DNA from: Candidatus Daviesbacteria bacterium
GTDB lineage: Bacteria > Patescibacteriota > Microgenomatia > Daviesbacterales > UBA10151
Length of the DNA stretch: 64,000 bases
Assembly: GCA_016176405.1 (NCBI GenBank)
Contig: JACOXG010000010.1
Span: 33,078 to 97,077 of the forward strand
Direction: 5' to 3'
How positions within the stretch are numbered: the first letter of the stretch is position 1; the number at the start of each line of letters is the position of its first letter. The notes under the pieces are model-generated. The model was not told where the DNA came from and searched no databases. It was given only the letters and a program-made list of their open reading frames with translations. A program made the translations under genes and the position numbers. Positions 57,244 to 64,000 of this stretch are shown in pieces.

Positions 57244-57914
57244 CATTAGCTAATGTTATTAATGGCCCTAGCTATGGCTATGGCTATGGCTATGGCGATG
57301 GCTCTGGCTATGGCTATGGCTATGGCGATGGTTCTGGTTATGGCTCTGGCTATGGCTCTGGCTATGGCTATGGCTATGGCTCTGGTTATGGCTATGGCTA
57401 TGGCGATGGCTCTGGCTATGGCTATGGCTATGGCGATGGTTCTGGCTATGGCTCTGGCTCTGGCTCTGGCGATGGCTATGGCTCTGGCTCTAGCTATGGC
57501 TATGGCTATGGCTATGGCTATGGCTCTAGCTATGGCTCTGGCTCTGGCTCTGGCGATGGCTATGGCTCTGGCTCTGGCTATGGCTCTGGCTATGGCTCTG
57601 GCTCTGGCTATGGCTATGGCTCTGGCTATGGCTATGGCTATGGCTATGGCTATGGCGATGGTTGCTTTGATTACATTCGGACACTGCAGGAGACAGGACT
57701 GCTTACAACTAATTTCATTTTTGCCTTGCCAACAGAGATGCAGAAAAAGTTGAAGCTATTAAAATTAGTTACCCCAAATTCATTGCAAGAAAAAAAGAGA
57801 TCAGTTAAAACTGAATTAGATAAGTATAATTTGAATATTTCTACATCTTTAAAAGAAGACTATTCAACCAATATAATATTCAATAGCGGGAAAAGAAAGA
57901 TAGACTTATCTTAG
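57219..57914 (+). CDS. Gly/Tyr-rich tandem-repeat protein (GYGYGYGDGS)n with a globular C-terminal region and C-terminal tag (..NIIFNSGKRKIDLS)
   Basis: About 130 aa made of G-Y-G/S-D repeats. The last 18 aa are nearly identical to the end of 57936..58718. Confidence 0.5.
   Translation: MGEATVMVTLANVINGPSYGYGYGYGDGSGYGYGYGDGSGYGSGYGSGYGYGYGSGYGYGYGDGSGYGYGYGDGSGYGSGSGSGDGYGSGSSYGYGYGYGYGSSYGSGSGSGDGYGSGSGYGSGYGSGSGYGYGSGYGYGYGYGYGDGCFDYIRTLQETGLLTTNFIFALPTEMQKKLKLLKLVTPNSLQEKKRSVKTELDKYNLNISTSLKEDYSTNIIFNSGKRKIDLS
57268..57662 (+). repeat. imperfect hexanucleotide tandem repeat (GGCTATGGCTATGGCGATGGCTCTGGC units)
   Basis: Repeated GGCTMT/GGCGAT units. This is the coding repeat inside the Gly/Tyr-rich protein gene. 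Confidence 0.8.
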
Positions 57915-57935
57915 AATATCTATCAGGAGAGGGCA

Positions 57936-58718
57936 ATGAGATCTATTTGGGACAAAACAGTTTGTATCGGTTCTGGCACTACTCCAGCTAAGATCTATAA
58001 TTTTTTTGACTATGGGGGAGATTTTAAAGAAGGAAAGTGTTTTGACTGTGGAAAAATTTTTAGACTAAATTATATCAGTGGCTTAGTGAGACAGCATTTT
58101 ATAAATACGGGGCCAATTGAATATCGCGATAATTGGGGGCCAGAATTTGCAAAAGAATACTTGAAGAGCATTCGTTTCAAAAAAGAAAGACAAGTGATAA
58201 AAAGTGCAGTTAAAGCACAGAGAGCTGCTGAAGAGAGGGGAAGAAAGCAAAAACAAGAAAATGATAATATTGTAGATAATATTAAATCTCAGATGTCATT
58301 AAAAGAATTTATAGTTCAATATGGCAATAAGCCTGTTCCTAGTTTATTTATAGACAAATGGGTCCCCAAGATTGGAGACAGAGTAAAAGTAATTGGGTCA
58401 TTTAAGGATTGCGGGGGGAGGGTGGCTAGTCATGATTGCCATTTACGTAAAATGATAGGTAGAGTAGGAGAAATAACTTCTCTAAACTTAATATACGAAA
58501 ATCATAATATTGGTGTTAAATTTGGTTATGGAGATGACATATCTGTCGGACATTATTCTGGCTTAGAGATAAAGCCAATTTTTAGCTCATCCCAAAAAGA
58601 AAAGGGGTCTATTGCATCAAGGCTGAAGAATTTTGATTTGAATGTATTTTTAAAAGAAGAAGATTATTCAGGCAATATAATATTTAACAGCGGCAAGAGA
58701 AAAATAGATCTGTCTTAA
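57936..58718 (+). CDS. hypothetical protein with C-terminal tag (..NIIFNSGKRKIDLS)
   Basis: Shared C-terminal peptide. Confidence 0.4.
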   Translation: MRSIWDKTVCIGSGTTPAKIYNFFDYGGDFKEGKCFDCGKIFRLNYISGLVRQHFINTGPIEYRDNWGPEFAKEYLKSIRFKKERQVIKSAVKAQRAAEERGRKQKQENDNIVDNIKSQMSLKEFIVQYGNKPVPSLFIDKWVPKIGDRVKVIGSFKDCGGRVASHDCHLRKMIGRVGEITSLNLIYENHNIGVKFGYGDDISVGHYSGLEIKPIFSSSQKEKGSIASRLKNFDLNVFLKEEDYSGNIIFNSGKRKIDLS

Positions 58719-58732
58719 AAAAAGGAAAAGTT

Positions 58733-59194
58733 ATGCATTATTATACTGTTAGTCTAGTTGGAGGGGAAGAGTATAGTCCAGTAATCATAGCAATTCTGAA
58801 TAAGATCCCTTATTTTGATAGTGTGGTAGAGGCAATGGCACGAGGACTCTTTGCAAAATGGTTAAGCAATCCTAATAGAACTATACAAGGTTTTCCTGGT
58901 CATGATCATGACATAAATATTAAAATAGCAGAACAACTTGCTAAAGAATATGGTGGGGATGTCATTGAATTTGAAGAAGAATATGAATGGGAGTATTTCA
59001 CGGCACATAGTTTTAAATATCCAGCATTAGCAAAAGCTCAAGATGAACCATTTAAAGAAAACTTGAAGCCAGTCTTTCCTCATTACTTTGGAAAAGATTT
59101 AGAGACTAAATTATTCAATGCATTAGTAGAAGCATACAAAGTAGAATTAGAAAAGGAGAAAGAAAAGAAGACACATGAGAAAACAGGTTTATAG
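58733..59194 (+). CDS. hypothetical protein
   Basis: ORF only. Confidence 0.3.
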   Translation: MHYYTVSLVGGEEYSPVIIAILNKIPYFDSVVEAMARGLFAKWLSNPNRTIQGFPGHDHDINIKIAEQLAKEYGGDVIEFEEEYEWEYFTAHSFKYPALAKAQDEPFKENLKPVFPHYFGKDLETKLFNALVEAYKVELEKEKEKKTHEKTGL

Positions 59195-59492
59195 TTGGCA
59201 TGATGTGTCAGATGAAGAGATAGAAAAAATTTATGGTTCCTTATATACTTTATTTGAAGAAATAGTCCCAGTTGACTGTGATTATGATAATGTCATAGAT
59301 ATGAAATTGATAGATAGACGTAAATTTGAACCGATGCATTTTTTCAAGCAGCCACATTTAGCCAAAGATTATTCTAATATGGAGGACTGTCTGAACATTG
59401 CTAATATAAATATTCATCAAGCAGTAGAAAAATGGCAGACATTGTATAGAATTAAGAAAGATTTAGAAAAGGAGAAAAGTGAATCTAGATAG
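59175..59492 (+). CDS. hypothetical protein
   Basis: ORF only. Confidence 0.3.
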   Translation: MRKQVYSWHDVSDEEIEKIYGSLYTLFEEIVPVDCDYDNVIDMKLIDRRKFEPMHFFKQPHLAKDYSNMEDCLNIANINIHQAVEKWQTLYRIKKDLEKEKSESR

Positions 59493-59841
59493 ACGAGAGA
59501 AGCATGTTCTAAATGAGCTAAGGGAGACATATAATATTCCAGTTGCTCAGTTGCTAGGAAAACTAAACTCAAAAGAAGCCTCAGTAATTTATGCAGAGCT
59601 AAAAGGGGACGATTCAATATCCTGTCATGTGCTAAGTTTAGATGGTTTTATTTGTGGAGGAGTTTCTTCTTGTTCCCCTAATGATAAATATAGCTATGCA
59701 ATAGGAAGAATGATAGCATTTGCAGACGCTGCGGTGAATTATTCAAACAATGTAGTAGGAAGGAGTAAATATCATCTTACAAGTAAGCAATTGGAAAGCA
59801 TAGCAAGAGGAAATACTTTATCTAGCAATATAATAGAATAA
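59479..59841 (+). CDS. hypothetical protein
   Basis: ORF only. Confidence 0.3.
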   Translation: MNLDRREKHVLNELRETYNIPVAQLLGKLNSKEASVIYAELKGDDSISCHVLSLDGFICGGVSSCSPNDKYSYAIGRMIAFADAAVNYSNNVVGRSKYHLTSKQLESIARGNTLSSNIIE

Positions 59842-59849
59842 GAGTACAT

Positions 59850-60070
59850 GCTTGGTGGCAGAAAGAACCGATTGCGTCAATCCACATCGTAGTAATGGTC
59901 TGGTAGTGTGGAAGTGTCAGACACTCCCAGGTAGGGGCGGGCAATGCAGCTTTGTAGCGGCAAGGATGTGTCTGCTGAGACCTGGGCCAAGCATTATGCT
60001 GCTTCCAAGATCTACTTCATTCTGGCTGTCAGTAGGTAAAGGATTGATAGACTTCTTCGGTGGAAAAATG
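59850..60070 (+). ncRNA. candidate structured non-coding RNA (GC-rich island)
   Basis: About 50% GC in a roughly 35% GC genome. The track ORF here (59852..60133) has an implausible, low-complexity translation. Perfect complementary 7-mers CAGACAC/GTGTCTG and CCCAGGT/ACCTGGG sit in a crossing (pseudoknot-like) order, plus a hairpin TCCACAT..GTGTGGA. Confidence 0.3.
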
Positions 60071-60226
60071 GACTATAATGATTCCGATGATATAGAGATC
60101 AATTATTCAAAGCCTATTGGAACGTGGGGATGAATTTCAAAATAATTTGTTCAGTATAAAGCTATTAACAAAAGATGATTTATTTGCAATGGAAGATTTT
60201 GCAGCTTATTTAATGAGATAACTCAA

Positions 60227-60781
60227 ATGGAACGATTTAAAATAGGGGATTTAGTTCAGGTCTATGCTTTATGCAAAATTGTAGTACATGAACCGCCTTT
60301 CTTAGGAAAAACTGGTAGAATATCCCAAATAAGCAGATTTGAGGGACACAACATTAGTGTTATATTTGATGACATTAAATATCCTTGTGTGTATGATCAA
60401 AATGAGATACAATTAGTTGATGCTAATGAATGGATACCAAAAGTTGGAAATCTTGTTAAAGTTGTAAATGTTTGTAAAGCTATATCAATTATGGCTCATC
60501 GATGCCACGACAAAGATATTTTGCAACAGGTTGGTATAATTGAAAATATAAATGATATAGAAATACTTAATCATCGTATTCTTATTAGGTTTAAGAACAA
60601 TAAACTTCTATACGGCCATTATTCTAAAGCAGAATTAGAACTTGTAAACACATGGTTAGACCAGAACAAACGAAAGCCATGGATAGAAGAAATACAGAAT
60701 ACATTGGTGGACATGAAAAAGAAACAAGAAGACCAATTCTTAATTATTGACAATCAGAAAAGACGAATAGACTTAGACTAA
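60227..60781 (+). CDS. hypothetical protein with C-terminal tag (..IIDNQKRRIDLD)
   Basis: Shared C-terminal peptide. Confidence 0.4.
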   Translation: MERFKIGDLVQVYALCKIVVHEPPFLGKTGRISQISRFEGHNISVIFDDIKYPCVYDQNEIQLVDANEWIPKVGNLVKVVNVCKAISIMAHRCHDKDILQQVGIIENINDIEILNHRILIRFKNNKLLYGHYSKAELELVNTWLDQNKRKPWIEEIQNTLVDMKKKQEDQFLIIDNQKRRIDLD

Positions 60782-60786
60782 ATAAA

Positions 60787-61083
60787 ATGCAGACATTAAT
60801 TTTAAAAGTCCTAGTTGGATCTAAAGCTCATGGTCTTGCTAACAAAGACAGTGATACAGATTATAGGGGAGTTTTTGTAGAATCAACATCTGAAATTCTG
60901 GCAATGAAGAAATTAACTATTAAAAAAGTTGAGCCAAATCTTTATGAAATATCAAATTTTGCTTCATATAAAACAGTGACTTTATTTGCCACAGCAGAAG
61001 AATTAGAAGAACTTCATCAAGCATTAGAAAATATAAGTTGTTTGGATGAGAATTGTTCTTGTTATATTAAAGCTATGTCTTGA
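60787..61083 (+). CDS. hypothetical protein
   Basis: ORF only. Confidence 0.3.
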   Translation: MQTLILKVLVGSKAHGLANKDSDTDYRGVFVESTSEILAMKKLTIKKVEPNLYEISNFASYKTVTLFATAEELEELHQALENISCLDENCSCYIKAMS

Positions 61084-61116
61084 TACAAAGATATTTGGGG
61101 AGATTGGTATAGAGCA

Positions 61117-61317
61117 ATGAAAGATTCTGTAGGAAAATGCATTAAGTGTAATAAGCATGGAGATCTTGGAAATGGTCTTTGTGTAAGATGCTGGGACAGG
61201 TCTTTAGGGGATGCTTTGGGGCATTACTATTCCTATGAAAAGTGGGACAAGAAAATGAAGGTTAAATTTCTGTCTGTGCAAGAAGTATCAGATCCAAAGG
61301 ACAAAGGGATTTTATAA
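61117..61317 (+). CDS. zinc-ribbon protein
   Basis: 'CIKCNKHGDLGNGLCVRC'. Confidence 0.3.
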   Translation: MKDSVGKCIKCNKHGDLGNGLCVRCWDRSLGDALGHYYSYEKWDKKMKVKFLSVQEVSDPKDKGIL

Positions 61318-61319
61318 AA

Positions 61320-61523
61320 ATGTTTATATGCCAAGCAAGGTCTAAAAATAAATTCTGTGACAAACCAGCTAATTGGAGAGCAGAATGGTCTGATATAGAA
61401 TTGTTTGTCTGCGATGAAGATAGACTATATGTCAGAGAAGTGTATAAAGGAGATAGTAAATTAGACAGAACGGGAATATTTTGGACATCAGATTTAGGGA
61501 CTACCGAATATGAAGATTACTAA
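61320..61523 (+). CDS. hypothetical protein
   Basis: ORF only. Confidence 0.3.
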   Translation: MFICQARSKNKFCDKPANWRAEWSDIELFVCDEDRLYVREVYKGDSKLDRTGIFWTSDLGTTEYEDY

Positions 61524-61544
61524 AAGGCTTAGTGGATAATTTTT

Positions 61545-61727
61545 ATGAGCAATTTTATTGCCCTTTATTTTGCAATTGGACTAATTGTATTTGCTCTTGT
61601 TTATACAGGAATTGAAATTAACAATGAAACGCATCGACTCGGAGATTTATTGTCTGTTATTTTTTGGCCAATTATTTTAGTTGTAGCAATAGGAATAAGG
61701 GTACATAATGAAAAGAATTCTAGATGA
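61545..61727 (+). CDS. small two-TM membrane protein (holin-like size class)
   Basis: Hydrophobic stretches 'FIALYFAIGLIVFALVYTG' and 'IFWPIILVVAIGI'. Confidence 0.35.
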   Translation: MSNFIALYFAIGLIVFALVYTGIEINNETHRLGDLLSVIFWPIILVVAIGIRVHNEKNSR

Positions 61728-62157
61728 AATAAAATACTTCATTCAGCGTGGAAGAAGAGGCTGGTCAGATAGAGATATTTGGGATTTTGAGAGCTATCTT
61801 CACAAGATTCTAGCTGGAGGATTAACATACTTAGCCAAATCGGAAAATGGGCATCCATGCAGATTAATTATCTTGGAGGGGCAAGAAGAATGGACTCCCG
61901 ATAATTGTTCAAATTGCCACTGTGCTGAAAATTGGGACAAAGAATTAAGAGATAATGCAGAGAAATTCAGAAAATTGTGTGCTGAAAATGAAGGCGAATT
62001 CTTTAAAGAAGCTGATGAAATATATTTTAATGGTATAACAGATAATAATCAAGATGAGTGGGGAAGATTAGTTAAAAAAGGCTTTGAAGAAAAAAATAAA
62101 ATATGCAAAGAAGCATGGGAATGGCTAAAAGAGAATCATTGGTTATTGTGGGACTAG
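61708..62157 (+). CDS. hypothetical protein
   Basis: ORF only. Confidence 0.3.
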   Translation: MKRILDEIKYFIQRGRRGWSDRDIWDFESYLHKILAGGLTYLAKSENGHPCRLIILEGQEEWTPDNCSNCHCAENWDKELRDNAEKFRKLCAENEGEFFKEADEIYFNGITDNNQDEWGRLVKKGFEEKNKICKEAWEWLKENHWLLWD

Positions 62158-62317
62158 AAAGGATGAGGTATAATGTCACATCCAATAACAGACCATAAGA
62201 CCATAGAAGAGGTAATAACTCACAGTGTTAGTTGAGAAGATATGGATGGGTGGTTATTAGTTGGGCCAATTGAAGATAACAAGATAGAAGTGATTGTCCA
62301 ATGGAAAAATGTAGGCG

Positions 62318-62557
62318 ATGAATATAAATCTAGAAATAATCAAAGATAACTTTAGAGTAGAAGTCTATTGGTCTAATGATTATGCATCTGCGCATTTTAA
62401 TGAAAATGAGGCAAAGGGGCTTGCTAGGTATATAGAGAGCCTAAAAGACATAAAAGCTGTAGTTGTTTGGGATACACATTATAAATGCCCAAATTGCAAA
62501 ATGAGGGCGGTTAAGAAAGAAGACTTAGTAAATTGCTGCGAGGAGAATGTAGAATGA
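62318..62557 (+). CDS. hypothetical Cys-rich protein
   Basis: ORF only. Confidence 0.3.
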   Translation: MNINLEIIKDNFRVEVYWSNDYASAHFNENEAKGLARYIESLKDIKAVVVWDTHYKCPNCKMRAVKKEDLVNCCEENVE

Positions 62558-62877
62558 AAGAACTATTTAAAATTTTTGATGAATATAAGGGCCATGATGT
62601 AGAACTCAGTGTGATGTTAACAATGCTTTTCTTACTAATTTTAGGCTCAGTAAGTGTTGTTATGGCGATTCTTATAGGCACCCCATTCTTATTCTTTGTG
62701 GTTGGGGCTGTCTGGTTAGTCTGGTTCACAATATACCAGTTTGTAAAAAAGTATCAGATGAAAAACATAGACCCCAGCTGTCCTTCTCAAACGGATTTTA
62801 CAGGCGATTCTAGATGTCCTCCTCAAGTAGATTACACATTGGGGGAAGAAGCTGCGATCAAGAAAAGGGAGAGATAA
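62533..62877 (+). CDS. membrane protein (two TM helices)
   Basis: 'LSVMLTMLFLLILGSVSVVMAILIG' and 'FLFFVVGAVWLVWFTIY'. Confidence 0.35.
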   Translation: MLRGECRMKELFKIFDEYKGHDVELSVMLTMLFLLILGSVSVVMAILIGTPFLFFVVGAVWLVWFTIYQFVKKYQMKNIDPSCPSQTDFTGDSRCPPQVDYTLGEEAAIKKRER

Positions 62878-62879
62878 GA

Positions 62880-64000
62880 ATGTCTAACTTAAGAATTTGG
62901 GGAAGAGATATAGACCAAAATACAATGCTACAAGTAGAGATGACTGCAAGATTGTCTATCTTGAAAAATCATCCTGTAGCATTAATGCCAGATGCACATC
63001 TAGGAACTGGAGCAACAGTAGGAAGTGTTATAGCTACTGAAAATGCAATTGTCCCAGCTGCAGTCGGCGTGGATCTGGGCTGTGGGATGGTTGCTGTAGA
63101 GACAGATCTAAAGGCTAGTGATTTGCCAGATGATTTGCAACCATTAGTACATCAATTTAGTAGGTCAATTCCTGCGGGAGTGGGAAGAAGAAGAAATAGA
63201 GGGCAATCTATTGGACTAGAGGATAAATATGCTGTAAGAGAAGTGGCTGATTGGATGTTAAAAAATCCTTGCGATTTAGGCGGTTTAAAAACTACTGCCT
63301 TTTCTCAGCTTGGGACATTAGGGTCAGGAAATCATTTTGTAGAAGTCTGTCTAGACGAGAATGATATTGTATGGACAGTACTGCATTCTGGCTCCAGGGG
63401 AGTTGGAAATCAGCTTGCTAATAAACATATCAAACTAGCAAAGAAGCAAGAACTAGCATTAGAAGATAAGGATTTAGCATACTTTCTTGAAGGGACAAAT
63501 GAATTCAAGAATTATATTTCTGATATGCTTTGGGCGCAAAAATATGCATTGAAGAATAGAATGATTATGATGTCAATAGCCCTAATGAATTTGTTCCAGT
63601 TTGTAGGAAAGGGGAAAGTGATGATGGAGATAAATTGCCATCATAACTTTGCTCAGCAAGAATTGCATGACGGGAAATTATTGTGGATAACACGCAAAGG
63701 CGCAATAAAAGCAGATAAGGGAGATTTTGGGGTAATCCCTGGTAGTATGGGAACAAAGTCATACATTGTGCAAGGGCTAGGGAATCCTGATTCATACAAT
63801 TCAGCAAGTCATGGCGCTGGGAGAAGAATGAGTAGAGGACAAGCAAAGAGAGAATTAACACAAGAGTCACTAAATGTAGCCATGGAAGGAAAGGCCTGGA
63901 ATAATGATGCTAAAGGTTTATTAGATGAGCATCCAGCAGCATATAAAGACATAGACCAAGTAATGGAAGATCAGAAGGACTTGGTCGAGATCTTACATGT
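62880..64000 (+). CDS. rtcB: RtcB RNA 3'-phosphate ligase (3' end beyond the window)
   Basis: Hand translation from the ATG at 62880 stays open to the window end. RtcB signatures present: 'ALMPDAHLGTGA', 'GSGNHFVE', 'NCHHNF', 'SHGAGR'. Not in the ORF track because no stop falls inside the window. Confidence 0.85.
   Translation, partial: MSNLRIWGRDIDQNTMLQVEMTARLSILKNHPVALMPDAHLGTGATVGSVIATENAIVPAAVGVDLGCGMVAVETDLKASDLPDDLQPLVHQFSRSIPAGVGRRRNRGQSIGLEDKYAVREVADWMLKNPCDLGGLKTTAFSQLGTLGSGNHFVEVCLDENDIVWTVLHSGSRGVGNQLANKHIKLAKKQELALEDKDLAYFLEGTNEFKNYISDMLWAQKYALKNRMIMMSIALMNLFQFVGKGKVMMEINCHHNFAQQELHDGKLLWITRKGAIKADKGDFGVIPGSMGTKSYIVQGLGNPDSYNSASHGAGRRMSRGQAKRELTQESLNVAMEGKAWNNDAKGLLDEHPAAYKDIDQVMEDQKDLVEILH

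Noticed and set aside
57268-57662. Possible CRISPR array or VNTR
   Set aside because: The units are 6-nt imperfect coding repeats without spacers, and no cas genes are present. It is a protein-coding low-complexity repeat.
57253-57753. ORF translating as (MA)n 'MLLMALAMAMAMAMA...'
   Set aside because: It is an alternative-frame artefact of the Gly/Tyr hexanucleotide repeat. The GYGYG frame is continuous with a real C-terminal domain and a conserved tail, while this frame ends in junk.
59852-60133. 93-aa ORF as a protein-coding gene
   Set aside because: The translation is implausible, the island is GC-rich with strong predicted secondary structure, and there is no RBS. Reported instead as a candidate ncRNA.
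2056-63870. All minus-strand ORFs in the track (for example 2056..2247, 11136..11474, 17351..17722, 32744..33343, 42421..42876, 48772..49155)
   Set aside because: Each lies fully inside a well-supported + strand gene (ThyX, ALDH, RNR, TopIB fusion, GluQRS, GroEL, etc.). Their translations are low-complexity or hydrophobic frame shadows, and no minus-strand gene has promoter or RBS support. The window is a single co-directional transcription block.
1-64000. Prophage integrase/att sites, IS elements or transposases
   Set aside because: No tyrosine/serine recombinase motifs, DDE transposase motifs or flanking direct repeats were recognised. The only mobile elements seen are the inteins and homing-endonuclease genes.

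Overview
This 64-kb window looks like part of a large, AT-rich (about 35% GC) tailed-phage genome. Every credible gene is on the + strand; the minus-strand ORFs in the track look like frame shadows. The window starts inside a family-A DNA polymerase gene (5' end off-window) and ends inside an RtcB RNA-ligase gene (3' end off-window). Modules, in order:

- **Nucleotide metabolism / DNA modification (0.7-5 kb).** A ThyA-fold enzyme with Asp instead of Asn at the base-specificity position, so predicted dCMP hydroxymethylase. Next to it: a MazG-like pyrophosphatase, ThyX, dCMP deaminase and a Dam-type methyltransferase.
- **Recombination/repair (5-11 kb).** RecA-like ATPase, a DUF559/Vsr-like endonuclease, a Cas4-like PD-(D/E)xK nuclease, a RuvC-like resolvase and a P-loop ATPase.
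- **Metabolic genes (11-14 kb).** An aldehyde dehydrogenase and an NT5C-type 5'-nucleotidase.
- **Packaging (14-21.4 kb).** Candidate small terminase, large terminase, a class II ribonucleotide reductase inserted between terminase and portal, and a candidate portal.
- **Candidate capsid-packaged effector island (21.4-35 kb).** A NUMOD3/Vsr-like homing endonuclease; four ADP-ribosyltransferase (ART) domains spread over three genes; a Nudix hydrolase; a 1218-aa helicase-like protein; a type IB topoisomerase fused to a putative head-morphogenesis-like region; a metallophosphoesterase. All ART genes and the topoisomerase gene share an N-terminal module 'D[FW]LEKQ..LVPKKVP[IV]HLQTGK..IRWVKP'.
- **Morphogenesis / proteolysis (35.6-40.4 kb).** A Hint/intein-containing gene whose C-terminal intein blocks sit in the next, overlapping ORF; a ClpP-like protease; an HK97-type prohead protease interrupted by a 142-aa mini-intein.
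- **Late moron-like region (40.9-62.9 kb).** A conserved promoter cassette 'AAAAACATTTTCTTTCAATATAATATAAT' occurs four times. Genes here include a lipoprotein, a GluQRS-like truncated class I aaRS, tRNA-Gln(UUG), a sigma-region-4-like regulator, a GroEL-like chaperonin, two RNA-ligase-like nucleotidyltransferases, a secreted HExxH peptidase, an AAA+ ATPase and a Gly/Tyr tandem-repeat protein. Six proteins end in a shared C-terminal peptide '..KR[KRA][IL]DL[SD]'.

All functional calls rest on motifs read directly from the translations; none was checked against a database.
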